From a virus (Duplodnaviria > Caudoviricetes), in IMG/VR virus record IMGVR_UViG_3300046779_000472, positions 1 through 46,279 of that record: a stretch of 46,279 nt of DNA; one strand, written 5' to 3'. Below, piece by piece: positions 27,669-37,322 of the stretch; position 1 is the first letter of the stretch; every line of letters starts with the position of its first letter. Made by a program: the position numbers and the translations under genes. The notes under the pieces were generated by a model. That model was not told the DNA's origin, searched no databases, and saw only the letters and a list, made by a program, of their open reading frames with translations.

Positions 27669-28414
27669 TGCAAGATCCACTAAAAATTAGTTTTACTCCA
27701 GCTTTTCGTGAGCCAGGAGAGATGCTGACTGCACCAATCCCTGCCTACAAGAATGTTCCAGAGTGGTATCGAGCTTTGGCTAAGTTTAAAGATTCTAACG
27801 ACGATATAACGCTAGATCCACAAAATAATCTTGGCACAGATGGAGCACAGGTTTCTACAAAAATGTGCATGCCATTCTTGGATGCAACCACTGCAGGGTA
27901 TCACTATGTTCTAGAGGATGATCTTCATGTAGAAATAGATACTGATGGCAAGCCAATCCTGTCTTGGGCTGGAGATGTAATGCTTGTAGATAAAAGACCA
28001 ATCATAGATTTGCCAGTACCGAACAACTGTCATCCAATACATTACGGATGGAGAATGAACTGGTACTACGAGACACCACCAGGATATTCAGTCCTGATCA
28101 CCCACCCAATGAATAGGTATGACCTACCATTTTATGTTCAGTCTGGAATAGTGGACTCAGATATCTGGGGACTACCAGTTTTCATCACATTCTTTTTACA
28201 AAAAGATTTCCAGGGAACCATTCCTAAAGGAACTCCAATCATGCAGATCGTACCATTTAAGCGTGACAACTGGGAGCTAGCAGTAGAGGATACTCAAGAG
28301 GCCCTAGACAAGCATGAGTTTATGGCAGAGAACAGACGATCAATGCTCTATGGGTATTACAAAAAGACCGCATGGAGAAAAAAGCTCTTTAGAATGTTTA
28401 GAAAAGATGAGTAG
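27668..28414 (+). CDS. Paralog of the preceding protein
   Basis: PEWY, TKMCMPFLDATTAGY, TPPGYS, GTPIMQIVPFKRDNWE. Confidence 0.6.
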   Translation: MQDPLKISFTPAFREPGEMLTAPIPAYKNVPEWYRALAKFKDSNDDITLDPQNNLGTDGAQVSTKMCMPFLDATTAGYHYVLEDDLHVEIDTDGKPILSWAGDVMLVDKRPIIDLPVPNNCHPIHYGWRMNWYYETPPGYSVLITHPMNRYDLPFYVQSGIVDSDIWGLPVFITFFLQKDFQGTIPKGTPIMQIVPFKRDNWELAVEDTQEALDKHEFMAENRRSMLYGYYKKTAWRKKLFRMFRKDE

Positions 28415-29238
28415 TGATGGCAACTATAGACATAATCTTATACTCATATAAAAATAAGAATCTAAAGTTAGTTGTAGACACCGTCTTAAAAAATACAAAG
28501 TCTGACTTTAGAATATTTTTGTTTGATCAAAATCCGATAAACAGGAAAGACCTGTTCCTAGATGACAGGATACTATACACTCACATTATATGGGATATAA
28601 TTCATAGTCCATGCGAGTATAAGGCTCACGCAATATACAATGACGTCCAGTCTGAGTACGTTCTACTTATGTCTGATGATATATTGCTTGATGATGGTTG
28701 GGATGTAGAGTCTATGGATCTTATTAGCTCTGGACATAATGTGCTCTCTGGTAATGGCAAGATCACGGTTTCAATGAAGAGTAAAAACTTTTTAGAGTCA
28801 GCCTATGATTCTAGCAATGTCCCAACCTTATCTAACTATATTGATAGAAACTTTATATTTACTAAGCTAGATACCTGGGAAAACGTTCCTTATCCATATT
28901 CTTTAAAGTACAATGGTGAACAAGAAATTCTTTCTATAAACTTTTTAAAGGCTGGGCAAAGCATATACTCAGTACCCACAAAGATATATTCAAGGCTTGG
29001 GCATAACACAATAGAAACTATCTATGTTCCATTTTCTATAAACCACAGATATAACGATGCAATAGAGGCTCTGAGATCACCAGACGGTCAAAGACTGCTT
29101 TCAATCTTTGGGATAGACAGCCAGGAACTGATGCCACTAACCTATCCTAAAGATGATGTTTTGTATAATCCCTACGAGCTAAAGTTTCAGGGCGTGGATG
29201 CCAGGAAGTTTATATCTAGAATAAAAGCAATTTATTGA
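28414..29238 (+). CDS. GT-A fold (GT2-like) glycosyltransferase
   Basis: IDIILYSYK N-terminus; YVLLMSDDILLDDGWD (DxD-type motif); YNGEQE. Confidence 0.55.
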   Translation: MMATIDIILYSYKNKNLKLVVDTVLKNTKSDFRIFLFDQNPINRKDLFLDDRILYTHIIWDIIHSPCEYKAHAIYNDVQSEYVLLMSDDILLDDGWDVESMDLISSGHNVLSGNGKITVSMKSKNFLESAYDSSNVPTLSNYIDRNFIFTKLDTWENVPYPYSLKYNGEQEILSINFLKAGQSIYSVPTKIYSRLGHNTIETIYVPFSINHRYNDAIEALRSPDGQRLLSIFGIDSQELMPLTYPKDDVLYNPYELKFQGVDARKFISRIKAIY

Positions 29239-29260
29239 TATACTTAATACAGGAGGAAAG

Positions 29261-29860
29261 ATGCACAGAATAAAAGTAATAGATAATTTTATAACACCAG
29301 AGGATGCCCAGACCTTAATAGATGAGCAAAAGAGTCCGTCTGAAATAAACCCATACCCAGATTATTACAAGAATAGGTACGGTGGCACAGCCTTTCCATA
29401 TAACAAGCGTGTAATGGACATTTTAATTAAGTATGGTATTAAGTCCAACGAGGTTCACAAGAGTGAGAGTGGATTTCTTAATCCAGTGTATGTGTTTAAA
29501 TCATTTGGCTCTTGGTGGCACCCAGGACAGAAGGGTGACCTACATCTAGACGCACAGGGTCCAGAACCATTCATTGAGTGGAGCACAATCATTTACTTAA
29601 ATAGTCCAGAAGATTATGACGGTGGGATTATCTACTTCCCAAACCAGGGGTTTGAATACAAGCCACGACAGTATTCTGCAGTATTCTTTCCATCAGCAGG
29701 GTCAGAATATATTCACGGCATCTCTGAGATCACCAGAGGAACTAGACATACCGCACTATATATGCACACAAGCATACCAGAACATGCAGATCCAGACTTT
29801 CATTCAGCTCAAGAGCGAAGCACCTGGATGGCATTAGAGCATCCATACAATAAGGGGTAG
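29261..29860 (+). CDS. 2OG-Fe(II) oxygenase (prolyl-hydroxylase-like)
   Basis: LHLD, IIYLN..DYDGG, FFPS...YIHG...GTR. Confidence 0.8.
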   Translation: MHRIKVIDNFITPEDAQTLIDEQKSPSEINPYPDYYKNRYGGTAFPYNKRVMDILIKYGIKSNEVHKSESGFLNPVYVFKSFGSWWHPGQKGDLHLDAQGPEPFIEWSTIIYLNSPEDYDGGIIYFPNQGFEYKPRQYSAVFFPSAGSEYIHGISEITRGTRHTALYMHTSIPEHADPDFHSAQERSTWMALEHPYNKG

Positions 29861-29861
29861 C

Positions 29862-31295
29862 ATGAAAATCCTGGGAATAAATGAGACTACCCATGATGCA
29901 TCCGCTACACTAATTGATGAGGGTAAGATTCTTTTTGCTGGTCATGCTGAGAGGTATAGTAAAACTAAGAATGATTGGTTTACTAATCCTCAGCTAATTA
30001 GAGATCTATATAAGTATGGTACTCCAGATAAGATTGCCTACTATGAGAAGCGTTGGCTAAAGAAGCTTAGAATATCTTTGCGTGGTGGCTTTGGTGGATC
30101 TAAGCCAGAGTATAAAAACATGTGGGTCTCAGAGTTGCCAGAAAAATCATTTGCTCATCACTACTCTCATGCAGCAGCTGGATACTATACCAGCCCATTT
30201 AAAGATGCTGTTATTGTCGTGCTTGATGCTATCGGTGAATTTACAACATCTAGTATTTGGGTGGGCAATGGAGACAGCATAACGCTCCATAAAAAGTGGA
30301 GTTACCCATTTAGTTTTGGACTCTTCTACTCTGCGTTTACACAGCTAATCGGGCTAAAGCCTAATGAAGAAGAATACATCATGATGGGGATGGCTGCATA
30401 TGGTGATCCAGATCTATACTTAGATAAAGTTTCTGAATATTTCCCTGCGGTATACAAGCAGAAATATAATTTTCATAAGGGAATATATGACTGGGGACAA
30501 GACATCACAGAGAATGACAAGTTTCATATTGCTGCAGCTGTTCAAAAGGTATACGAGGACAGACTTTGGGATTTTATGTACATAGCTCGACAAGAGCTAG
30601 ACAGTCCAAATCTAGTATTCATGGGTGGCTGTGCATTGAACAGTAAGGCAAACACTATGCTGTGGGACATATTCCCAGACGTTTGGATTATGCCTAACCC
30701 AGGAGATGCAGGAAGCTCTTTAGGGGCTGCTGCAGCCATGTCTGGCAAGCACCTAGATTGGCAAGGTCCCTATTTGGGACATGATCTTGGTGGGGAGTAC
30801 CCTGTTCAGGCCATATTCGATGAGATAATGAGCAATCAGATAGCTGCTGTTGCCTCTGGTAGAGCTGAGTACGGGCCACGTGCCCTGGGAAATAGAAGCA
30901 TTTTGGCTGACCCACGTGATCCAGAAATAAAGAATAAGGTTAATAAGATAAAGAAGCGTGAACTCTTTAGGCCATTTGCTCCTGTGGTAATGGAAGAATA
31001 TGCCTCTGAATGGTTCGATATGGACTATACAAGCCCTTACATGCAGTACACACCCAAATGCCTTAAGCCAGATCTAATTCCGTCAGTGGTCCACCACGAC
31101 GGCACTTCAAGGGTTCAGACTGTAAACAAAGATCAGCACCCAGGGCTTTACAAATTGCTAGAAATGTTCTATAATGAAACAGGTATTCCTATTCTACTTA
31201 ACACTAGCCTCAACATAAAGGGGCAGCCATTGCTAAATGACGAGGCTGATATAATTGAATGGGAAAAGACATATAAGACAAGGATTATCAGATGA
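29862..31295 (+). CDS. Carbamoyltransferase (NodU/CmcH family)
   Basis: ILGINETTHDASA, HHYSHAA, DAIGE, GGCALN, GDAGSSLG, EYGPRALGNRSILA, RPFAP, LNTSLN. Confidence 0.9.
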   Translation: MKILGINETTHDASATLIDEGKILFAGHAERYSKTKNDWFTNPQLIRDLYKYGTPDKIAYYEKRWLKKLRISLRGGFGGSKPEYKNMWVSELPEKSFAHHYSHAAAGYYTSPFKDAVIVVLDAIGEFTTSSIWVGNGDSITLHKKWSYPFSFGLFYSAFTQLIGLKPNEEEYIMMGMAAYGDPDLYLDKVSEYFPAVYKQKYNFHKGIYDWGQDITENDKFHIAAAVQKVYEDRLWDFMYIARQELDSPNLVFMGGCALNSKANTMLWDIFPDVWIMPNPGDAGSSLGAAAAMSGKHLDWQGPYLGHDLGGEYPVQAIFDEIMSNQIAAVASGRAEYGPRALGNRSILADPRDPEIKNKVNKIKKRELFRPFAPVVMEEYASEWFDMDYTSPYMQYTPKCLKPDLIPSVVHHDGTSRVQTVNKDQHPGLYKLLEMFYNETGIPILLNTSLNIKGQPLLNDEADIIEWEKTYKTRIIR

Positions 31296-31942
31296 GCTTA
31301 GACTACAGGGTGCTAGACCTAGGATTAGTATATTATAAAAATGCTATTCCAGATCCACAGTTTATCATAGACACTGTTAATGAAGTTGATAGAAGATTTA
31401 CTGCTGGTGAGCATGGCGACAATCCAACTGATGTAAAGTCTTGGAATGCTTGGACTTACGGAAATATGACGTTTAATTGGCAAAAGTTTTTCCCAGAGTC
31501 TAAGGACATCAGTCCAGATGACTATTACGGAAAAGAGATGAAGGCTGTTGCAGACATACTGTATTCATCCCTAGATAATGCTTTTGCTCATTATACTAAT
31601 GTCTTGTATCCGTTTGCAGCAAAAAACATAAAGAATCGTGAGGAAAGCATCCATTTGCTTAGATATGAACAGAATGGTCATTTGCCTGCACACCAAGATC
31701 AGGGTGTGAGCAGTCGTGTTTTATCTAGTGTAATGTATCTAAATGATAATTATGAGGGTGGGGAAATTGAGTTTATGCAGTCTGGCGTTAAGCTTAAGCC
31801 AGAAGCTGGAAGCGTTATCTTTTTCCCAGCAAACTTCTTGTACGTACATGAGGTTTACCCTATAACAAGTGGCTCAAGATATTCGATGCCACACTGGTAC
31901 CACAACATGAAACAAATGATTCACTCTAATGGTGACGAATAA
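31292..31942 (+). CDS. 2OG-Fe(II) oxygenase
   Basis: HQD, VMYLNDNYEGGE, FPANFLYVHEV...GSRY. Confidence 0.8.
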   Translation: MSLDYRVLDLGLVYYKNAIPDPQFIIDTVNEVDRRFTAGEHGDNPTDVKSWNAWTYGNMTFNWQKFFPESKDISPDDYYGKEMKAVADILYSSLDNAFAHYTNVLYPFAAKNIKNREESIHLLRYEQNGHLPAHQDQGVSSRVLSSVMYLNDNYEGGEIEFMQSGVKLKPEAGSVIFFPANFLYVHEVYPITSGSRYSMPHWYHNMKQMIHSNGDE

Positions 31943-31953
31943 AGGAGAAATAA

Positions 31954-32574
31954 ATGGCAAAGACACAGTTTCCAATTGATGGAAAGTTGGGTAAGCAATA
32001 CAAGGTTACGTCTGAGTATGGATGGCGTATTCACCCAGTAGAAAAGACAAAGAAGCACCACAATGGAGTAGACCTATGGGGTGCAGCAGCAACAATTTAT
32101 ATTGAGAACTTCCACGATGGTAAGGTTATTTTTGCTGGCCCATCAAGCAAGAAGAATCCAGATGGATCGGTTGGTGGCTTTGGCTACCACGTAATGGTTC
32201 AGCACAAGATTGACGGCAAGTTCTATGTATCTGTTTATGCTCACATGCGTAAGGGATCTCTAAAGGTTAAGGTTGGTCAGAAGATTGAGGCTGGAACAGT
32301 TCTGGGTATCATGGATGCCACTGGAATGGTTACTGGTAAGCACCTACATTGGGAGATCAACGTTGGAAAGAAGTATGTTTGGACTGGCAACGGTAAGGGA
32401 TATGTAAACCCAATGACCTTCACTAAGGCACTTATTGCAAAGGAGGCCGCATTGGCAGAAGCTGCAGTGGCTACACCAGAAGATGGCCCAACTGCTGCAG
32501 CACCAACACACGATGACGCTCAGGCTGACGCACTGGCAGCAGAACGCCAAGCCGCAAAGGCGGCTCTAGCATAA
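31954..32574 (+). CDS. M23 family peptidase (endolysin-like)
   Basis: TSEYGWR.HP, HHNGVD, YAHM, TGKHLHWEI. Confidence 0.85.
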   Translation: MAKTQFPIDGKLGKQYKVTSEYGWRIHPVEKTKKHHNGVDLWGAAATIYIENFHDGKVIFAGPSSKKNPDGSVGGFGYHVMVQHKIDGKFYVSVYAHMRKGSLKVKVGQKIEAGTVLGIMDATGMVTGKHLHWEINVGKKYVWTGNGKGYVNPMTFTKALIAKEAALAEAAVATPEDGPTAAAPTHDDAQADALAAERQAAKAALA

Positions 32575-32777
32575 TGGCAGATTCTAGAAAAAAGAGTCTA
32601 AAGAAAACCATTAGCTGGCAGATTGTTCACATGACGCTGGTTGCTGGAACCATCTACGTTCTGACTGGTGAGTGGGAAATTGCAGGCATTGCAGCCCTAA
32701 TGGAGCTGGTGTGGGAATCTATAGCGTTCTACTTCCACGAAAGAGCCTGGGCCAAGTGGGGTAAGAAGGTAAAGTAA
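32574..32777 (+). CDS. DUF2061-like membrane protein
   Basis: KKSLKKTISWQ...FYFHERAW. Confidence 0.7.
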   Translation: MADSRKKSLKKTISWQIVHMTLVAGTIYVLTGEWEIAGIAALMELVWESIAFYFHERAWAKWGKKVK

Positions 32778-32953
32778 TGGCAACATATGAATACACTTGC
32801 CGTGAATGTGAGACAACCAAAACTGTTTCTAGAGGCATTTCAGATCCAGATCCAGGATATTTTTGTGAGACTTGCGGAAATAGAATGAACAGGGTATACT
32901 CAATGAGTAACCCAGTGTTCAAGGGTAGTGGATTCTACAGAACGGATAAGTAG
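32777..32953 (+). CDS. FmdB-like Zn-ribbon protein (58 aa, below the ORF-track cutoff)
   Basis: MATYEYTCREC...CETCG...FKGSGFYRTDK. Confidence 0.8.
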   Translation: MATYEYTCRECETTKTVSRGISDPDPGYFCETCGNRMNRVYSMSNPVFKGSGFYRTDK

Positions 32954-33183
32954 TGACAGAGACATTAGAGTGGGTACTAACTGCTAATGATCGTTGTGAT
33001 AGTTGTGGGGCACAGGGGTATGTCCAAGTAACAGGAGTTACTGGAGACCTTGTGTTCTGTAACCATCACTACAATAAGATTATGGACAATACAACTGGGT
33101 ATGAAAAAATGATGAACTTCGCTTATAATATTTTGGATGAGCGAGATCGACTAGTTGAGAATAGATTGCAGGGAAAAGATTGA
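32953..33183 (+). CDS. Small Zn-binding actinobacterial-type protein
   Basis: LTANDRCDSCGAQ...LVFCNHH. Confidence 0.6.
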   Translation: MTETLEWVLTANDRCDSCGAQGYVQVTGVTGDLVFCNHHYNKIMDNTTGYEKMMNFAYNILDERDRLVENRLQGKD

Positions 33184-33947
33184 TAATTCAAATTATTGGT
33201 TTGCCAGGAAGTGGTAAAACTACAATAGCCGATGCACTAAGAGATAGAATTAATGGTTTGCATATCAATGCTGACGACGTTCGTAATGGAATTAATAAAG
33301 ATCTTGGTTTTTCAATAGAGGATAGAGTTGAGAATGCTAGAAGGCTGGGAGAGCTTGCTAGACTCATGGCTACTAAACAGGATAAACCAGTCATTGTAGA
33401 CTTTATAAATCCAACAGCCGCTACGAGAGAGGCCTTTGGTAAGGCAGACATTGTTGTTTGGATGGATACAATTACCGAGGGAAGATTCGAAGATACAAAT
33501 AAGCTTTGGGAGACTCCGCTACAGTACGATCATCGAATAACTGTAATCGGAAATGACTACGATGATTCTATCGCCACGAGAACCTTTAAGATAATTACAG
33601 ATTTTAACTTGTTTGATTGGAAAGCAGACTCAACGCTAATGCTTGGTCGCTACCAGCCTTGGCACGAAGGGCATAGGGCTTTATATGATGAGGCCAAGCC
33701 AAAGAATAAGCAAACTGTAATTGCAGTAAGGCATACTCAGGGGATGACGGAAAAAGATCCAATGTCGTTTGAGGATGTTAAGAGGAATATCTTGGCTGAC
33801 GTTCCAGACGCAATAGTAATTAAAGCACCAAACTTTAAGAGCATTGTTTACGGACGTGATGTTGGATATTCTATAGAACAGATCAACCTGTCACCAGAGC
33901 TTCAGGCTATATCGGCTACTCAGAAACGCAAAGAGATGGGCCTATGA
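33180..33947 (+). CDS. APS-kinase (CysC)-like P-loop kinase fused to an HxGH nucleotidyltransferase-like domain
   Basis: GLPGSGKTT, NADDVR..DLGFSIEDRVEN; GRYQPWHEGH. Confidence 0.75.
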   Translation: MIIQIIGLPGSGKTTIADALRDRINGLHINADDVRNGINKDLGFSIEDRVENARRLGELARLMATKQDKPVIVDFINPTAATREAFGKADIVVWMDTITEGRFEDTNKLWETPLQYDHRITVIGNDYDDSIATRTFKIITDFNLFDWKADSTLMLGRYQPWHEGHRALYDEAKPKNKQTVIAVRHTQGMTEKDPMSFEDVKRNILADVPDAIVIKAPNFKSIVYGRDVGYSIEQINLSPELQAISATQKRKEMGL

Positions 33948-34153
33948 AAGAAACAAATAAAAGATCAATAGTTAAGGCACTTACCTATAGATTTTGGCAA
34001 AGTTTAAATACTTTTATAATTTCTTTGGTAGTTACTGGTAAGCTAGATATGGCAGCTGCTATTGTTAGTATTGAAGTTGTAGTAAAGATAATTATCTACT
34101 TCTTCCACGAACGCATTTGGAGCAAAATTAGATGGGGCATGAAAAATGTTTGA
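33944..34153 (+). CDS. DUF2061-like membrane protein (second copy)
   Basis: RSIVKALTYR...YFFHERIW. Confidence 0.75.
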   Translation: MKETNKRSIVKALTYRFWQSLNTFIISLVVTGKLDMAAAIVSIEVVVKIIIYFFHERIWSKIRWGMKNV

Positions 34154-34553
34154 GTATTATGTAAAAGAAGTAACCAACGTAGTAGATGGAGACACCATCG
34201 ACGTTGTAATTGATTTAGGGTTTGATATTAGCTTTAGTTCACGTGTTCGTCTGGCTGGTATCGATACCCCAGAGTCACGCACTACTGACAAGGTAGAGAA
34301 GGTACTTGGGCTAGAGTCTAAAGAATACCTCAAGAAGGCCATTAAGGCCGCTAAGACTATTGTAATAAAGACTGAGAAGATGGATTCATCTGAGAAGTAT
34401 GGTCGAATTCTTGGATGGGTATATCTAGATGGATCTGGTAACTCTATTAACAATGAAATGATTGAGAAGGGCTACGCCTGGGGATATCTTGGCGACACAA
34501 AGGTAAAAGACTTCGATGCTCTTGCCAAGGCCCGTGCCAAAAGCTCTAAGTAA
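34146..34553 (+). CDS. Thermonuclease (SNase) family protein
   Basis: VVDGDTID, RVRLAGIDTPE, KYGRILG. Confidence 0.88.
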   Translation: MFEYYVKEVTNVVDGDTIDVVIDLGFDISFSSRVRLAGIDTPESRTTDKVEKVLGLESKEYLKKAIKAAKTIVIKTEKMDSSEKYGRILGWVYLDGSGNSINNEMIEKGYAWGYLGDTKVKDFDALAKARAKSSK

Positions 34554-34581
34554 AATTAAACTAAAGTAGTATAATTTTATT

Positions 34582-35019
34582 ATGGATTACTTAATAGGCT
34601 TCTTTGTTGGCACCACGCTAATGGTGGTTTTTTATAAATTTTTAATTAAAAATTCATTAAGAACTAATGACAAAGTAGCTATAAGATATAGTCAAAGCCA
34701 CATTTTTAATATAGTAAAGCCTTTCGCCAGCATAGTGTATAGCACACCAAAGCCAGCCATAAAGACACAAACTACGGAGTACGAAAAGTCTCAGACGGTT
34801 AGGGTTATTATGACTGATGGGCAGGCATATTGGATTAGGGATAATACCTTCTACACTGCTGATATAAATGAAGACTATTCTGTAGACAATGATTCTACCA
34901 GAGTAGTTGACACAATGAGTATGGATAAGGTACAATTAGATAAAATAATATTTATTGTAGATAGATTAACGGAGGATTCAGACAATGATGATAGCAATTC
35001 AAGGAACTCGTGGATTTAA
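34582..35019 (+). CDS. Hypothetical protein with N-terminal TM helix
   Basis: 145 aa; leaderless (TATAAT-6nt-ATG). Confidence 0.6.
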   Translation: MDYLIGFFVGTTLMVVFYKFLIKNSLRTNDKVAIRYSQSHIFNIVKPFASIVYSTPKPAIKTQTTEYEKSQTVRVIMTDGQAYWIRDNTFYTADINEDYSVDNDSTRVVDTMSMDKVQLDKIIFIVDRLTEDSDNDDSNSRNSWI

Positions 35020-35335
35020 TGATTACACGATCTTTCTAAGAGCTATGGGAACTGCTCTATCCTCAATGCTTGAAGACGATACAGAAATTCAAATATTTTC
35101 AGCTGGCCCAGCACATATAAATGATATGGCCACTGAGTTTACTAATGTTTCTGAAAGAGGTCTAAAGGCTCGTGGAAAGAAGATTAAGTTAATAAGAGTC
35201 CCACCAAGCTGGATTGAGAAGAACATTCACAGCATAGATTATTTTGCATTCTTTAGTAAGCCAAAGGAGCCAATGTCTCCACTAGTAGACCTGGCTGATG
35301 CAAAAGACGTCGAGGTTGGCGTATATAGATACTAA
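34985..35335 (+). CDS. SLOG/YspA-like protein
   Basis: IAIQGTRGFNDY N-terminal motif. Confidence 0.5.
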   Translation: MMIAIQGTRGFNDYTIFLRAMGTALSSMLEDDTEIQIFSAGPAHINDMATEFTNVSERGLKARGKKIKLIRVPPSWIEKNIHSIDYFAFFSKPKEPMSPLVDLADAKDVEVGVYRY

Positions 35336-35378
35336 ACCTAGTGTCTATCAAACAAATAAAAGCAATAGGGGTGTGATT

Positions 35379-35588
35379 ATGTTAATTAATTCACTTGAAA
35401 AGATGGAGCGTATTGTAGAAAACAATAGAGCTCTTGCCTGGGATGGCTGGACAGTAGTCGAAAGCAATTTCAAAGAAAATGGCGTCGTGTCAAAGGATGG
35501 GGCGTATGTTAATGGTAGATGGATCGTACAGAAGCGTTATGATGCCAATGCTAACGGCTGGGAGATACCAGACAAGTTTGCGAGGTAG
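35379..35588 (+). CDS. Hypothetical protein
   Basis: Start moved to ATG 35379 after AGGGG; Trp-rich. Confidence 0.55.
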   Translation: MLINSLEKMERIVENNRALAWDGWTVVESNFKENGVVSKDGAYVNGRWIVQKRYDANANGWEIPDKFAR

Positions 35589-35591
35589 CCC

Positions 35592-35873
35592 GTGAAGAAT
35601 GACTGGAAAGATAACGGTCTGTGCCATGGCTATGATACAAACTTCTTCTTTGATAAATATGAAGAAGATATTCCTCTTAGGTCTGCAATAGATGAATTAT
35701 GCTCTAGCTGTCCATTAGTTAGACATTGCTTTGCTGTTGGCATTTCACAAAAAGAGTGGGGTGTCTGGGGAGGTGTTTACCTAGAAAATGGTGGCATATC
35801 TAAAGAGTTTAATAAGCATAGAACCAAGGCTCAGTGGGCTGAAAAATGGAAAAACTTAACGATGGACAACTAA
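35592..35873 (+). CDS. whiB: WhiB family Fe-S transcription factor
   Basis: W...LC...FF...C..CP...C and the WGVWGG turn. Confidence 0.85.
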   Translation: MKNDWKDNGLCHGYDTNFFFDKYEEDIPLRSAIDELCSSCPLVRHCFAVGISQKEWGVWGGVYLENGGISKEFNKHRTKAQWAEKWKNLTMDN

Positions 35874-36448
35874 TGTATGAAAAAGAATTTAAAACGGACA
35901 TGGTCTTTGAAAATAAAAAAGTTTATGTTCTTAGAGACATCAAAGACATAGTGTCTAGATCAATAGGTCATAGACCTAATTTAGAGCAGGCCATGTTTGA
36001 GATAGTCTCTAGCAAGCTTCACGGACTAAGGGTCTCGCTTGATCCAGAACCTTCTTCAGAAAAGGTTATATGCTTAGTTCCAAAGGACCAGGCAACCGTG
36101 ACCAATCTGCATGACCGTGGGTCCGTGGATATTTATTTTGGAGACATCGTAATTGTTTCTGGAGATACTCCAATAGATGTTTCTGGCAATTGTCTGCTAT
36201 TTGATTTCTATGTATCTAGTGAACAAATTGTGTTCGGTGATGGATCGCTCAAGTTTGAGGTTACTGCACTAATTAATGACAAGTATACTGTAGTGGTTAA
36301 TGCGGATAGTCCAGAAGAGGCTATAAGTATTGCTAACGAAATTCCAATAAATAGCTGGCTGCATCCAACAATTGAGCCAGGATTGAAGGAAAGAAGAATA
36401 GTTAGATATGCAAGATGGGGAAACCTTTCTGCAACGGAGGTGCACTAA
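35873..36448 (+). CDS. Hypothetical protein
   Basis: TAATG-coupled start at 35873. Confidence 0.5.
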   Translation: MYEKEFKTDMVFENKKVYVLRDIKDIVSRSIGHRPNLEQAMFEIVSSKLHGLRVSLDPEPSSEKVICLVPKDQATVTNLHDRGSVDIYFGDIVIVSGDTPIDVSGNCLLFDFYVSSEQIVFGDGSLKFEVTALINDKYTVVVNADSPEEAISIANEIPINSWLHPTIEPGLKERRIVRYARWGNLSATEVH

Positions 36449-36684
36449 TGTATACTGACGCAATGAAGATGGCCTTTCACTCAATTACTCCACCACCAAA
36501 CTTTGGGGTACAGCTAATTGACAATGATAACTTTATTACTGTGAAGGCCAAGGAGGACATATTCATGAGACTGCTTGACGAAGAGAAGCGTAGTGCGATA
36601 GAATATATGATAAGGGTAAAGAAGGCGTTAGAGGATAATGGAGCTATCGTCTTAATAGTTAGAGAAGGCGGAAAAGAAGAATGA
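36448..36684 (+). CDS. Hypothetical protein
   Basis: SD GGAGG, TAATG coupling. Confidence 0.6.
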   Translation: MYTDAMKMAFHSITPPPNFGVQLIDNDNFITVKAKEDIFMRLLDEEKRSAIEYMIRVKKALEDNGAIVLIVREGGKEE

Positions 36685-37103
36685 TCTTAGACATAATTGC
36701 ATTAGTTGCTATATCGTCTATCTCTGTATTTCTATTAATACTACTAATCATTCAGCGTAAGCGTACGTTAGATGCTCTAGAGAAGTATATAGAGGCAGAA
36801 ATTGAAAAGGCAATAGTTCTAGAGAAGCTGGAAGAAGCCATAAAAGAGAATGAATTAAAGAGTATTGAGGGATCTGATGGGTTCCTTAAGTTCGTGTCTG
36901 ATTCTCGTGAGTGGGCCTTTAAATATATAGAGGATGTTCAGGAAGCTTTTGGCAAGTTCGATAAGACAATTATGCCAGACTTAGACTATGCAGATACCTA
37001 TGGGATTTTGAGCATGGATATGCCTAGCAAGGATGCCCTGGCTAGAATTAGCAAGGCATACAAAGAATTAAAGAAAATGCTTCCACAAGATATGGTAAAC
37101 TAA
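36681..37103 (+). CDS. Membrane-anchored coiled-coil protein
   Basis: N-terminal TM helix; FLKFVSDSREWAFKYIE. Confidence 0.6.
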   Translation: MILDIIALVAISSISVFLLILLIIQRKRTLDALEKYIEAEIEKAIVLEKLEEAIKENELKSIEGSDGFLKFVSDSREWAFKYIEDVQEAFGKFDKTIMPDLDYADTYGILSMDMPSKDALARISKAYKELKKMLPQDMVN

Positions 37104-37135
37104 TAGTCGGTCATTAGACCATAGGAGGAGATTAT

Positions 37136-37306
37136 ATGCTTGGAGTAAAAGACAACGCTGAGATTGACGACTATAGCTATAAGGTTTGTGAAATATCTGG
37201 TTGTGAAGAAGAGTCTACAGAAATTTATGAAGATGAATCAAAAGTCATAAATGTTTGTGACCAACACGATAGAATACTTAATGCCAATAAGTGGACATTA
37301 TGGTAA
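37136..37306 (+). CDS. Small acidic Cys/His protein (56 aa, below the ORF-track cutoff)
   Basis: Strong SD AGGAGG; CEISGC...VCDQH. Confidence 0.55.
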   Translation: MLGVKDNAEIDDYSYKVCEISGCEEESTEIYEDESKVINVCDQHDRILNANKWTLW

Positions 37307-37322
37307 AGATAAGGAAAATAAA

